64,000 bases of DNA from Mytilus trossulus (taxonomy: Eukaryota). Below the pieces are notes generated by a model. It did not search any database. It was not told the DNA's origin and saw only the letters and a program-made list of their open reading frames with translations. The position numbers and the translations under genes are program-made. Below are positions 37,536 to 50,153 of the stretch, one piece after another. The stretch lies in assembly GCF_036588685.1 (NCBI RefSeq), contig NC_086376.1:62744001-62808000 (forward strand). Reading direction: 5' to 3'. How positions within the stretch are numbered: position 1 is the stretch's first letter; the number at the start of each line of letters is the position of its first letter.

Positions 37536-38082
37536 TTAATAAACTTGTTTTAATAATCTTATATCTATCAGTCATGAAATAACCAAATATGAGGGTACAA
37601 GGATAAATGCTGTAGATTTTCTATAAAATTTCCATATGTTTAGCATTGAATTAACACAAGGGTATTACTCTATTTATTTCACTTGACTGGGCGGAGTTTA
37701 ACCGGTTCGCTCATAATAAACTAGTCCATCTATAGATAGGTGTTTTAGGATAAACTCATCAATGAAGTTTCTAGTCATTCTTTTGTAAATTCCTTTGATG
37801 ACACTGATTGGTGATTAGAAATCAATATTAATTATAACGGCAATCATCCTTATCACACACATCTTCAAATAGACTGTCCACATGCAAATTAAAACGTTAG
37901 CTCCGCTGGTTCTTTTGCTGATTTATTTATTTTTGAAATCCAGTATCAACAATAAGTAGAATCCCGAGAGACATATTTATTTATTTGTTTATCACCTGTA
38001 CCCTGGGGTGTATTGTATTCCAAGTGAACAGTAATTGAAACTACGATTTATATATTGAGGCTCTATACGAGTGGGTTAAAAT

Positions 38083-39177
38083 ATGGAGTCAAGCCAAACG
38101 GAGACATCTACAGTATTAACCGAAAGTAGGGATGTTCTTTACGGAGATCCTAGCCAGGACATTACATTACAAAACGTCTATCAACTGCTAATAAACATGA
38201 ATGGCAGACTTACTTCTATTGAAACGGGAATGACACAAGTCACCCAAATGAACAGAACATTAAATACTTTAGCTAAAAACTTTAGCGAGTTAAAAACAAA
38301 AGTTAACGAAGTTGAATCAAAAGTTCAAAAAATAAATGTAAGATGCGAAAAAAGTGAGTCCGAAATATCACAAATTAGAACACAACATGGAAATCTAGAT
38401 AAACAATTAAAGAATTTACATGTTAACAATAAAGAAGTGAATACTAATTTACAGAGTATAAGTGATTTTATGGACGACTTTAAAGTAAAACATGACAACA
38501 ATGTAAAAGATGTAAAACAAATAAGATCTTCTGTTAGTAGAGTAGCTAACGACTTAGACGACCGAACAACCGAATTGAGATCAGAAATTAAATCAGCTTT
38601 AAGTGATGCGCAAGAGGAACATGAAGAATTTCGCAACAAAGTAATCGATTTGCAATGCAGATCGATGAAAAATAACTTGGTATTCACAGGAATACAAGAG
38701 ACGGAGCACGAAAATACAGAACAGGTAGTGAAAGACTTTATACGCAAAGAATTGCATATTTCAGATTGGATAGAACTGGGAAATGTTCACCGCTTCGGCA
38801 GTGGAGCTCGCGCAGGAAAAAGAGGCCGCCCGCGACCAATCGTAGCCAGATTTATCTTCTATAAAGATCTTGCAAGGGTACTATCTAACACCTACCGCCT
38901 GAAAGGTAAATCGTTCGGAGTCAACCAACAATTCCCGGACGAAATTGAGCAGGCTAGAAAGAGTCTTTACCCGATCATGAAGAAAAAACGAGCTGAAGGT
39001 TGCCAGGTCAAGTTAGTGTGGGACATCTTGTATGTCGATGGGGTAATATATAATGAAGAACGCAATGTTGAAGACGATATAGCTACGAACACACAGACTC
39101 ACACAAAAATGTCGCATACTCCAGATAAAAACCCTGTACAAAAACGCAAACGTACAACGACGCCAAAACACTATTAG
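38083..39177 (+). CDS. LINE ORF1p (coiled coil + RRM + CTD, L1 ORF1/Transposase_22-like), 364 aa
   Basis: Heptad-rich N-terminal half, then DLQCRSMKNNLVFTGIQE, VHRFG, RPRPIVARF and VNQQFP motifs. Confidence 0.88.
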   Translation: MESSQTETSTVLTESRDVLYGDPSQDITLQNVYQLLINMNGRLTSIETGMTQVTQMNRTLNTLAKNFSELKTKVNEVESKVQKINVRCEKSESEISQIRTQHGNLDKQLKNLHVNNKEVNTNLQSISDFMDDFKVKHDNNVKDVKQIRSSVSRVANDLDDRTTELRSEIKSALSDAQEEHEEFRNKVIDLQCRSMKNNLVFTGIQETEHENTEQVVKDFIRKELHISDWIELGNVHRFGSGARAGKRGRPRPIVARFIFYKDLARVLSNTYRLKGKSFGVNQQFPDEIEQARKSLYPIMKKKRAEGCQVKLVWDILYVDGVIYNEERNVEDDIATNTQTHTKMSHTPDKNPVQKRKRTTTPKHY

Positions 39178-39228
39178 CAACCCCATAGAGAGTCAGTCGT
39201 TACCGATGCTTTACTGAAAGACATTAAA

Positions 39229-42200
39229 ATGTTAAACCTAAACTGTTGCGGTGTAGTGAGAAAATCGCAGTATCCTGAATTTATCAAATTGATAAGTGAC
39301 CATGATATTATATGTTTGACTGAAACAAAAACTGATAATTTTGATAATATTAACATACCAGAATATACTTTTAAATTTAAAAATCGAAAGTCACACTCCA
39401 GAGTAAAATCAGGTGGCATAGCTTTTGGGTATAAAAATGAAATGTCTAAATATATTCATATCATTGAGACTAAGAGTAGCCTAGTGCTATGGGCTAAGAT
39501 ATCTGCAAATTTCCTACAGACTGATGAAGACTTGGTGATTGGGAACGTGTACATCCCTCCTGAAAATTCGCTGTACAAAATAACCGATTCATTAAACGAA
39601 CTAGAGCAAGAGTTGTTGAAACTTTCTGTTAACTATAAATACATTATGCTTGTCGGAGATTTTAATAGCAGAACTGCTTCTGATATTGATTTTTCAAATA
39701 TTGTAAATAGCAAACATGATATAGTTAGTGATTCAGATTTATGCTATGATTACTCAAATGCTTTACAAGAGTTAAATATGTTAAGTTTTAGAAAAAGTAA
39801 AGATATATCGAAAAACACTTATGGGAACGCTTTACTTGATATTTGTAAAAATAACAATTTGTTCATTTTGAATGGTAGAGTGAATGGTGATAAAGAGGGA
39901 ATATTTACATGTAGAAGTTCTAGTGTTGTTGACTATTTTATTTGCTCATTTGAATTATTAAATCATGTTGTAAATATGCATGTAGATACGTTTTCGTCTC
40001 TTTACTCAGATGTACATTGTCCATTGACACTTTTGTTAAAATTTAAAATTGAGCAAAATGCTGTAACTGAAGCTGAAAACAATGATGTAACAAGTGGTAG
40101 TGAAAATATAAAGTTAAAAAAGTGGGATAATGAAAAAAAAAAACAAGATTTCATTGAGAACATTGATGGAAATAAGATTACAGAATTAGAAAATGAATTA
40201 ATGTTTTTGCATTCAAGTGTTATGTCGCAAAATTCTGTAAATAAATTGTCCGAACATATAAATGATATACTTTTGGAATCAGCAGAAAAGGTACTAGGTA
40301 CCATTACTTATAACACGAAGGTTAAAAAGAGCACAAAGGAAAGCAAACCATGGTTTGACAAAAAATGCTGGGAGCAAAGAAAGTGCTCACGAATTGCAAA
40401 ACGACGATATAAAAACAACAAAACATCAGATAATCATGTTCAAATGAAAGATGCAGAGAGAAAGTATAAAAAGCAGATGGATTGTTCTATACAAGAGTAT
40501 AGAAAGATTTTTAGAAAAAAGATGCAAAATCTAAAAAACAGTAACTCTAAGGAGTTCTGGAAAATTTTAAATGAAAAAAGAGAAAAACGTAGTCCAAATA
40601 TTTCCATCGATGTTCTCTTTGATTTCTTTAAAGACTTGAATTCGTCAGATTCAGTCGACGATGTCCCTGTTTCGCAGGTACCAAACCAGTTCAATGAAAC
40701 TCTTAATAGTATCATAACAGAAAAAGAAATATTTAATTGTATTAAAGATTTAAAAAACGGAAAGGCTTGTGGAGATGACAAAATTATTAACGAATATATT
40801 AAAAGCACATGTCATATTTTTATGCCTATATATGTTCAATTTTTTAATATTGTTTTCGATTCTGGTAAAATTCCAGAAGCATGGTTAGTTGGTAACATTA
40901 TTCCTTTTTATAAAAATAAAGGTGATACAAAAAAACCAGAAAATTATAGACCTATCACAATTCTAAGCTGCATGGGAAAGCTATTTACTTCAGTTTTGAA
41001 TTCAAGACTATCCACTTTTTTGGAAAATTACTTATTGTTAAATGAAAATCAATCAGGATTTAGAAAAGGCTATTCAACCATAGATAGTATTTTTGTCCTA
41101 CATATTCTTTTTGAACTATTGAAGATGCGAAAGAAAAAACTTTTTTGTGCTTTTATAGACTTTGCTAAAGCCTTTGACACAGTTTGGCGATCTGGTTTAT
41201 GGCAAAAACTTCTGGAGAATTTTATCAGTGGAAAAATGTATGATACCATTGTAAATATGTATAGTAACATTAAATCAAGAATTTTTGATGGTAGTGTATT
41301 TTCAGAGTATTTTCCGTGTAATGTCGGTGTACGTCAAGGCGAAAGCCTCTCACCTTTATTATTTTCACTGTATATTAATGATCTTGAACATTTTTTAAAA
41401 GAACAAGATGTAGAAGGGTTAAAAACAGTATCCGATGATATTGAAAATGAGCTAGACTACTATTTAAAATTGTTTCTGATTCTGTATGCAGATGACACTG
41501 CTCTTTTGGCAGAGTCAAAAAATGACTTACAAAAGCAGCTTGACTCTTTGTATAACTATTGTGAACTTTGGAAATTGAAGGTTAATGTAAATAAAAGTAA
41601 AATTGTAGTTTTTTCAAAAGGTAGACCATTATCAAATATAGAATTTAAATATAATAATACTGTTTTAGAAATTGTAAATGAGTTTACGTACCTTGGTGTT
41701 ATTTTTTCTAGAACAGGAAGTTTTTCTAAGGCAAAAAAGGCACAAGCAGAAAAAGCCACACACGCTATGTACGATGTTATCCGCAAAGGTCGAAAACATA
41801 ATTTATCTATAGAATGCCAACTCGATCTTTTCGATAAAATTGTTAAGCCTATTTTATTGTATGGAAGTGAAGTTTGGGGAGTCGGCAACATTTCTGTTAT
41901 TGAAAGGGTCCACCTTAAATTCTGTAAAATTTTGTTAAATGTAAAGAAGTCAACGCCAGATTTCATGATTTATGGAGAACTGGGAAGATATCCTTTGGAA
42001 ATTGATATCAAGTTGCGGATTTTAAATTACTGGTCGAAACTTATGTGTGGAAAGCAAGAAAAACTTCCTGTTATTTTGTATAAATATGCATATAAAAAGT
42101 ATGGGATGAGTATTCCATGGCTTAATAATATAAAATCTATTCTAGATAGTTGTGGACTGTCATATGTTTGGAATTCACAGTACTTTGTTAGTAATACATG

Positions 42201-42657
42201 GTTATATAATAAGGTTAAAGTTTGTGTTGTAGACCAATTCAAACAAAATTGGCACTCTATCTTATTAGAATCGCCAAAAGCTATTAATTATCGTCTATTC
42301 AAAGATAATGCTGAAAGAGAAAACTATTTTAAGATACTAGATGATAAAAATATTATTACTTTTTGTAGATTCAGGATACTCAGTCATAAACTTCCTATTG
42401 AAACTGGAAGGTGGAAAAATATACCTAGAGAAAATCGAAATTGTAAACTTTGTAATTCAGGAGATATTGGGGATGAATTCCACTATATTTTTAATTGTTC
42501 GAAATTTAATCATGATAGAGAAAAAAATTTGAAACCATATTATCTAAATAGACCAAACGTATTGAAATTTCATGATTTGATGAATACTAGAAACATCAGT
42601 ATGTTGAATCATTTGTGCAAATTTATCAAACTGATTAATAAACAGCTGGACTCTTAG
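39229..42657 (+). CDS. LINE ORF2p: APE endonuclease + reverse transcriptase + C-terminal CCHC, 1142 aa
   Basis: EN motifs LTET, GDFNSR, VVDY, SDVH. RT motifs YRPITIL, QSGFR, FIDFAKAFD, GVRQGESLSP, YADD, YLG. C-terminal CKLC...HYIFNC. Confidence 0.97.
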   Translation: MLNLNCCGVVRKSQYPEFIKLISDHDIICLTETKTDNFDNINIPEYTFKFKNRKSHSRVKSGGIAFGYKNEMSKYIHIIETKSSLVLWAKISANFLQTDEDLVIGNVYIPPENSLYKITDSLNELEQELLKLSVNYKYIMLVGDFNSRTASDIDFSNIVNSKHDIVSDSDLCYDYSNALQELNMLSFRKSKDISKNTYGNALLDICKNNNLFILNGRVNGDKEGIFTCRSSSVVDYFICSFELLNHVVNMHVDTFSSLYSDVHCPLTLLLKFKIEQNAVTEAENNDVTSGSENIKLKKWDNEKKKQDFIENIDGNKITELENELMFLHSSVMSQNSVNKLSEHINDILLESAEKVLGTITYNTKVKKSTKESKPWFDKKCWEQRKCSRIAKRRYKNNKTSDNHVQMKDAERKYKKQMDCSIQEYRKIFRKKMQNLKNSNSKEFWKILNEKREKRSPNISIDVLFDFFKDLNSSDSVDDVPVSQVPNQFNETLNSIITEKEIFNCIKDLKNGKACGDDKIINEYIKSTCHIFMPIYVQFFNIVFDSGKIPEAWLVGNIIPFYKNKGDTKKPENYRPITILSCMGKLFTSVLNSRLSTFLENYLLLNENQSGFRKGYSTIDSIFVLHILFELLKMRKKKLFCAFIDFAKAFDTVWRSGLWQKLLENFISGKMYDTIVNMYSNIKSRIFDGSVFSEYFPCNVGVRQGESLSPLLFSLYINDLEHFLKEQDVEGLKTVSDDIENELDYYLKLFLILYADDTALLAESKNDLQKQLDSLYNYCELWKLKVNVNKSKIVVFSKGRPLSNIEFKYNNTVLEIVNEFTYLGVIFSRTGSFSKAKKAQAEKATHAMYDVIRKGRKHNLSIECQLDLFDKIVKPILLYGSEVWGVGNISVIERVHLKFCKILLNVKKSTPDFMIYGELGRYPLEIDIKLRILNYWSKLMCGKQEKLPVILYKYAYKKYGMSIPWLNNIKSILDSCGLSYVWNSQYFVSNTWLYNKVKVCVVDQFKQNWHSILLESPKAINYRLFKDNAERENYFKILDDKNIITFCRFRILSHKLPIETGRWKNIPRENRNCKLCNSGDIGDEFHYIFNCSKFNHDREKNLKPYYLNRPNVLKFHDLMNTRNISMLNHLCKFIKLINKQLDS

Positions 42658-43744
42658 GGGAAACATTGTTAAATGTATTTTTTTTATATAATATTGTATA
42701 CATGCATAATGTGGTTTTTTTTATATTACATGTAGCTGGAAATATTTTTCCAGTTGTAGATCATACATTTGTATTAATTCTGACTTTATGTTATATTATA
42801 AATGTTTATAATATCTCTGTACCATGGATTTTGGTTTATGAGAATAAAGATATATAGCCCGATCAGTTAAAATAACATTGGTAATACATTATCCGTAAGA
42901 ACTCCGGTGATCAAGGTACTGTTTTTACAAAATGTCGGGAATGATTACTGGTAAAAGGGCGTCAAATGTAATGTTAGGGGTGAGTATCTGATATGAGCAG
43001 GTGGTCATCGATAATTTTTTAATAAATTAAACAACTACTATATAAAAAAGATGTGGTTCGATTGCCAATAAGATATTTCTTCAAAAGATACTACGTCACA
43101 CAGAAACCAACAACTATAGGTCACCACGCGGCCTTCAACAATAAGCAAAGCCCACACAGCTGATAGTCCCGAAATGGCAAATGTAAAACGGTAAAAAAAA
43201 ATAACGGCATGATTTATGTACAAAATATAAACGACAAACAAATATGTAATGATAAAACAAAAGTAAACTTCATCAATGTTCTGAGATTAAAATGATTAAA
43301 TAGTATATTCATATGTTGTGTACAAATCATAATCATGCATGTACATTTTGTAATGTTTACATTTTTTTGTACAATATCAGAGTTTTCATAAACTCTTGGC
43401 ATACTAGAAGAAACAAGCCAATTTGCATTAGTTTGACGTCTTATCATTACCATTCTAAAAAGACTACATTCTACAGTCTTGTCCTTGTACAAAGTTTTTA
43501 TAATGACACTATACGATGATTTGGGTGCCTACTGGTACAATACATTTCGTATATTGAATTTCCCCAGTTAGTCGTCATTTGCAGCTTTATTCTTCAAATG
43601 GGACAGTGCGTTTTAAAGGTATATTAGGAAATAGAATGGCGATGAAAGAAGGCGGAACCGGGATATCAGAATACTGATAACTTGTACAAAAAGTCTGTAA
43701 TAATCGTAAGTTGCACTTGAACATAATATATCAAGTAACTGATA

Positions 43745-45693
43745 TTAGTATTTTGTTGGCAGTGGATTTTGCTTAAAAAAATCATATCTCGGTGGTTTAG
43801 AATGAGTAAACATTAGGGCTTTTCTGTCTATTTCATCATCCATGTAAGTATCTTTCACCGAATATGGATCTTTTAAGTGAGGTTTTCGTTTCGGTTCTCT
43901 GTCAATCTTGTCTTTGTCGACATACGAGTTATTTTTAGTATCGTATTTCCTATACTGCATATCATCAAAGAAAGTGTCTGTTGGAACGATCGCCATTTTG
44001 TTATAATATGGATATTCTTTTAAATCTGGAATCAAGCATAGCATTGAAAAAAATGCTAATCCCGTTGCTATCATGGACATTCCAGCCGACCAAGCTAGGA
44101 AATATGGAAAATCTATCTGCAGGATCCATAATACAATTCCAGCAATCGGAAATAGAACTGTAATACAACAAACAATTATTAATCTTTATAAAGACGATAA
44201 TTTCTTAGAGATATAGTACCGATTAAAACATTATTGAAAGATTTGACTACGATGTCAGAATCCTATCCTTATAATAAGTTTGTTCAAATTACCAAAGAGT
44301 GGATATGGATCGTGTCTTATTTCACTGATCTGCAATCAGATTTTCAAAGGACCATTTCATTAAATAAGTAAATATACTTCTGTTTGAAAATTTATCCAAA
44401 ACATCAAAACAGTTTTTGACAACACAAAAATAATTAATCTATTATTTGTATACGCCATATTACATATGTGGCGATTCCAAATGAAAAAAAATAACCCGGA
44501 ACCACTAAATTTTCAATGAGACCGCTATATGATGTTGTCTTTGTGATCTTCGTGACCACAAGATCAAGCCAGATTTCGAAACCCGGCTTGTTTACTATAA
44601 TAATCAGAATATTATGTTCTTTATATCAACAGGGTCACACGAGCCGTGCAGATTAAATCATATATACCGACTTGCTTGGTCAATAACTATAACATGATCA
44701 TGTATTTACCTGATGTGACTAGTATAATTATCAAAGATATGGCTGTTGCCCTTGTCCTGCTTCTGTCTGCTAGTACGTAGAAGGCATAAATCACAACAAT
44801 GATGAAAAATAGGCCGATAGTTACACCTTCAAATATTTTGGTCAGGGTGAAGAATACTGAAAATAAGTAAAAGGAACGAACTTATATTTGTACAAACAGA
44901 ATATGTGTCATATATTCCTTGATTTTCGTTTTTTTAAATGATCGTAATAACAGGAGGTCAAACTGAAATAGTACAATTTCTTAAGAAATAGACATTTTAT
45001 TTTCTTCTATTTTATGTTATGCAGTGAAAAAGAAAAATTACGGTGACTCTGATCTTTTTTTTTTTTATATTTTGAAAGCATTTTCCGATGAAATGTCTTC
45101 TCGTATTTTATTTTACAATTCAATCATTTAGGTTACCCTCAATTTTCAAAATACACGATGTTTCATTTTTTCAAAAGCTGTAGCATGAAAAAATAATTTG
45201 TCAAAAGCTGTAGCATGAAAAAACAATTTGTCAAAAGCTGTAGCATGAAAAAACGATAAGTTACCTAGCATCGTTATTATTATAATGTTTAAAAAATCAC
45301 AATAAAATATTTTATGAAAGAACAGTATTTTTTAACATTAAGAAACAAATACAGCATCAATAAGACTATCAATCTGTTTTAAAATGTAAGATTTCTATTC
45401 TTTCGTTCACCTTATATCTATGTATTGAACGTCGTCACCAAATTTCACAAGAAGATAAAACATTACACATTCTACTTACACGAATGGTAACTGCTCGGGG
45501 TTGTAGAAGTAGCACAAGCAGACGTACAATTTGTGAACCAGAGTAACCCAACTCTTATATCGAACAGATCCTTAGCTGTGTTATACACCATCCAGTAGTT
45601 CGTCAGAAAAGCAGCTGACTGCAATCCAAACGCAAGAAAGATGCAGATGAAACCAATTTTAGCCCAACCAGAAGCATCGCCACAACATGCCAT
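43745..45693 (-). CDS. Claudin/PMP22-family tetraspan membrane protein A; exons 45693-45480, 44856-44710, 44157-43745; 257 aa
   Basis: GT-AG exons in frame (phases 1,1). Four hydrophobic segments. W-x14-GLL-x4-C-x3-C first loop. LAWSAG motif before TM4. Confidence 0.85.
45170..45253. repeat. 30-bp tandem repeat, ~3 units (intronic)
   Basis: TCAAAAGCTGTAGCATGAAAAA..AATTTG repeated. Confidence 0.85.
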
Positions 45694-46838
45694 CACTTTG
45701 TTTATGATTCTTCGATTCTTATCATATAGTCATGACAGCCCAGTAAGATAAAGACTTGTGAAATGTGTTTTGTCATAGCTTAATTAAAACAAAGGGAATT
45801 TTCATTTAAGGAGTCTAGGGTGAATTTGACCTAGATATCTATTGAAATTAATCATAAAGGTGAAATAAGATATAATACGAATGAATTATGACTGACAATT
45901 TTAAAAGAAAGTAAAACAATTAACTATTCAATAACAATCAATGATATAAGTATGTCTTACTTATTTGGCTACATTATTGATTTTTTAATAAATAGTTTTA
46001 AGTGCATTTTTATATACACAAGTGTTGTTAAGGTAAATTTACTATTGAAGAGTCATGTTGAAACTAAAACTTTAAGACCAATTAATCATCCCAGCATTAT
46101 ATGAAATAGCTAGATGACCAGACCACACTGCCTGCACCATCGTTGGATTTTTTGTTTAGTCTGCCGGATAAAGCCATTTAAGATAATTTTGCATGTTAAA
46201 ATTGGTGCTTTTCTTTAACTTTAGATCTACACAATGATTACCAACACAAAATATAGACCAAGTTCAAAATTGGGTGGCATCACTTTTAATGTACATGAGT
46301 TATGCTCTTTTATAAATTCAAATTGTTGAAATTTTAATTTCCCATCGTGATTTTAACTTTTTAATACGTCACTCAAATGTTATGAAGCTTATTACCACTA
46401 AACATAGACCAAGTTTAAATTTGGATGGCGTCACTTTCACGGTTTTTGATTCATGTTCCTTTATAAATGAAAAAAAAGCTAAATGTGACGTGTCAAACTC
46501 GCAAGAATAAATGGATGGATCGATTGCTGTTTAACATGGATCAACATCTTAAATGCTTTTAAAAAACTGAAAGAGTCAAATCAATAAGATTAGAAATAAA
46601 AGAAGAAACTCGTAGGACTAACAACAAAGTTCAAACTGACAAGAATGACCATGAAGTACAGATTTTGTCATCTTGGATTGTAAAATAGCAAATCTAGTCC
46701 AATGAAAAGTGCATGTTTTAAAAGAAATAAGGCATGGTTATGATGGTGTTTTTTTACACACATTTATAATTGAACTCTAATGTTCTTTTATTCTATATAT
46801 TGTATTGTATCACATTGTATTTCATTGTATTGCATTGT

Positions 46839-47054
46839 NNNNNNNNNNNNNNNNNNNNNNNNNNNNNNNNNNNNNNNNNNNNNNNNNNNNNNNNNNNNNN
46901 NNNNNNNNNNNNNNNNNNNNNNNNNNNNNNNNNNNNNNNNNNNNNNNNNNNNNNNNNNNNNNNNNNNNNNNNNNNNNNNNNNNNNNNNNNNNNNNNNNNN
47001 NNNNNNNNNNNNNNNNNNNNNNNNNNNNNNNNNNNNNNNNNNNNNNNNNNNNNN
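46839..47054. other. Assembly gap (N run) preceded by an (ATTGT)n microsatellite
   Basis: 216 N bases; degenerate pentamer repeat at ~46799-46838. Confidence 0.99.
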
Positions 47055-47890
47055 TGATTTTATTGCTTGACCCTTATGCTTATGGGTGTAATTTTGCAAT
47101 AAAGATTTATTATATGTATGTCATTCATTTGTTAACACTTTTCATTATATGAAGAAAATGATGTTTTTTATATTTTTGCGTTGTGAATTTACATATTTCG
47201 TTTTGTAGCAAGAAAGCAATTAAAGACTTTGAAGTGGCGTGCCCAATTTTTGTTTTTATATAAAAAAAAAAAGATGTGGTATGATAGCCGAATTTAAGAG
47301 ACAACTCTCCCCAATAGACCAAATGGTACAGAAATTAACAACTATGGTTACCGTTTGTTTGTTTGATTGTATTTTGAAAGCCTATTGTGAGAGTTCTCTT
47401 CTCAGTTTTTATCTAAACATTCTACGGTTTGGTTTTCTTTTTATCACACAAAATTGTGTTTTCCATGAATAACACGTATACAATCTGACAATTTTGCACA
47501 TGTATAGCTAAAATAAAATCCCCTTTTTATTATATTTGAGAAAGCCAAATAACGTATCTAAATTTTGGCCAATTATTCAAAAAGTCTCTTGATTTTCCAA
47601 TCTAAATTTACAGGAATAGAATATAATAATAAACACATAAAATGTCGATGTATACTTTATTTAAACAATCTATGTTTAGACAGTAAATAAAACAGCCTGA
47701 CATCTACTAGGGGGCATCGTGTGACCTTCAATGATACCAGTGTCAAACTTAACATTAATCGCTACAGAATATAAAAAAATCAGTGACAGGCGAAACTAAT
47801 GGATTATGGCTGAGATATTTGTAACGAAAGTTTACTTGACGTCTTTATTTCATTTAGATGTTCATACAGTCAATCTAGAAAACGTCAATT

Positions 47891-50153
47891 TTAAACATAA
47901 AAGTCACGTGCACCATAATCGTATCCGAAGTCCCGATTGCTTTTGACATCTGCATATGAATTACGTTGTGTATAATCAGTGCCAAGTGAGCTCCCCTTCT
48001 TTTTGTCCGTACCATGTTTCGTGTACACCGTCTGTCTTTCAAGAGGCAGAGGACGTTTATTGTTTGACGGCCTCTTGCGTAACTTTTCGTATGGATATTC
48101 CTTAAGATCTGGAACTAAGCAAAGCATTGCTATGAGTGCAAATGCAGTAGCTACAACCGAAAGTCCGGCTGACCATGCAACGTAATAAGGAAAATCTATT
48201 TGTAAGATCCACAGTACCAATCCAGCTGCTGAACTACACACTGAAACAGATTAAATTATTTACGTAAGAGATACAATTTCTACATGGCTGTAGAGCTATT
48301 GTCAATCTTAATTACAAAGCATGAGCAAACATTGATGCAAATAAAGCAAGCAAGCAAACCAAACCAAACCTTAAACTAGCATTAGGAAAATAGCTCTAAA
48401 TATGGGCGATTTTATTGTTTGTTACTTGGATTTCATTTGTTAGTTTGTTCTTTACCAAAAATTGACTGTTTACATTTGATTTGATTTACAGGGCAGTTGT
48501 GTTTGAATACTATCCAGTGAATGCATTAATATAATTTTTTTTAAGGAATGACTGTAATAGTTTTTCTGTCTTTGAAGAAATAACATAAGAAAACGTGGTG
48601 CACACTACATAACGCGCGTAGCGGGTTATTTAACAGTGTGCACCACATTTTTTGTGTTATCTCGAATACACAGAAAAAATATTAGTCATTTCTTATATTT
48701 TAATTCTAAGATAATTCCATTCGAACCCGTAGAAAACCATGAAAAAAACTTTGATGACGTCACGGTCACATGACTATATTATGTCTACGGGCTGATAACA
48801 AAATAACGTCAGCCAATCAGAAGGAGCGTTATATCAAAAATTTAATTATTTTAAAGTAGAACTGTTTCTATGAAATTTAAGGATCTCACGTTTTGTGATG
48901 TTTATGTTTATAATACATCACCTAACGCACTTACACATCCATCTCATTTTTTTTAGGTTCGTTGTTTCATATCTAGTTGTATGAGTTGTGTTTTAAGGAT
49001 TGTTGTTTTTGAAAAAAATGGAACGGTTGGTTTATATGTCAATGAGGATTGAGGTAACAACACAAAGACATTAATCTACCAATATATATCTAGAGGTAAA
49101 CAATGTTTATAGACAGACTAGTAACTTTACAATATTCAGGCAAACGTAAGCCTTAACCTACTTACTCACCAATAAATACATACATATTACATAAAGGTGT
49201 GTGGAGAACAGAAAGATTTACCTGCTAAAACAAGAAATATAATAATGGCAGCTGCCATTCCACGCCTTCTGCTACAATCTGCCGCGACATAACACCAATA
49301 CATGATCATCGCTACCAGAAGCAATCCAGCACAACCACCTTCAAATCCCAGAGTCAATGTGAAAGTCACTGAAAAATTATGATATTGATTACAACTTTTT
49401 TTCGTTCAATTTCATGTGTATTCATTGGTTTAAAGAAATATATAGATAGGATGTGGTTGCAAGAGAGACAATTTTAACAAAAGATAAAACACTATATTCA
49501 TAAAAAAAAACCTGCTAATTTTTTTTATGGATAAGGTTTCATTGGATACGAACAATTCAAATATATTTACATATATACAAGAACAAAAGTTGTGAAAGGT
49601 ATTGACAGACAATTTTAAAAATTCTAAACAAAATTTGGGTAGCTTATTCAATATTGTCAATATAACGAAACTATACACAACTGTTATACAGTTGGGAGGT
49701 TCTGCTAGCTACAAAATCAGGTATTACAGGTTTAAGAGACTATTTTCTTCAAAAAATGTCTGTATCAAGCCAGGAATATGGCAGTTGTTTTTCACTTGTA
49801 CTGTTTATGAAAGCGTTTGGTTGTGTCAGGTTTTTATGAACTTGCTCTTTTTGAATTTGCCATGGAGTACAGTATGTTTGTTATACTCTTTTAATTTTGA
49901 ATCATTAAAAAAAAGGTGAAATTTCATACTTACAAGATTTATAGGAAGACGGTGTAAGCACTGAAAAACAACTTATTTCAGCCGAACAGTTGCTAAACCA
50001 CCATAACCCAACACGAAGATCGTTAAGATCTAGTACTGTATTGTATACCATCCAATTATTTGTTACATAGCCAGCTGCCTGGAGCCCAAATGCACATACG
50101 GCACAGAGAAGTCCAATCTTGGACCAACCGGAAGCACGGCTACAGCATCCCAT
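47891..50153 (-). CDS. Claudin/PMP22-family tetraspan membrane protein B; exons 50153-49934, 49368-49222, 48240-47891; 238 aa
   Basis: Same intron phases and 147-bp middle exon as paralog A. W-x14-GLW-x4-C-x5-C signature. C-terminal -FYV PDZ-binding motif. Confidence 0.88.
48541..48845. mobile_element. Intronic dispersed element: ~155-bp long hairpin plus tail
   Basis: AAGGAATGACT...GTGGTGCACACT / AGTGTGCACCAC...AGTCATTTCTT imperfect palindrome at 48543-48694. Confidence 0.55.

Larger units (their letters stand above)
37870..42856 (+). mobile_element. Apparently full-length two-ORF non-LTR retrotransposon (LINE; RTE-X-like, clade tentative); 5' boundary approximate
   Basis: Intact ORF1 and ORF2, short 3' UTR ending GAGAATAAAGATATATA. 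No clear TSD found. Confidence 0.85.

Noticed and set aside
38325-42242. Antisense ORFs within the LINE
   Set aside because: Shadows of the long sense ORFs with no independent motifs.
46770-47152. ORFs spanning the N run
   Set aside because: Artefacts of the assembly gap.
48718-48742. Possible seventh vault-like RNA (TTCGAACCCGTAGAAAACCA)
   Set aside because: Only the B-box-like 3' words match. No A box/GGTTACTTCG, closing stem, terminator or upstream module, and it lies within a dispersed hairpin repeat.
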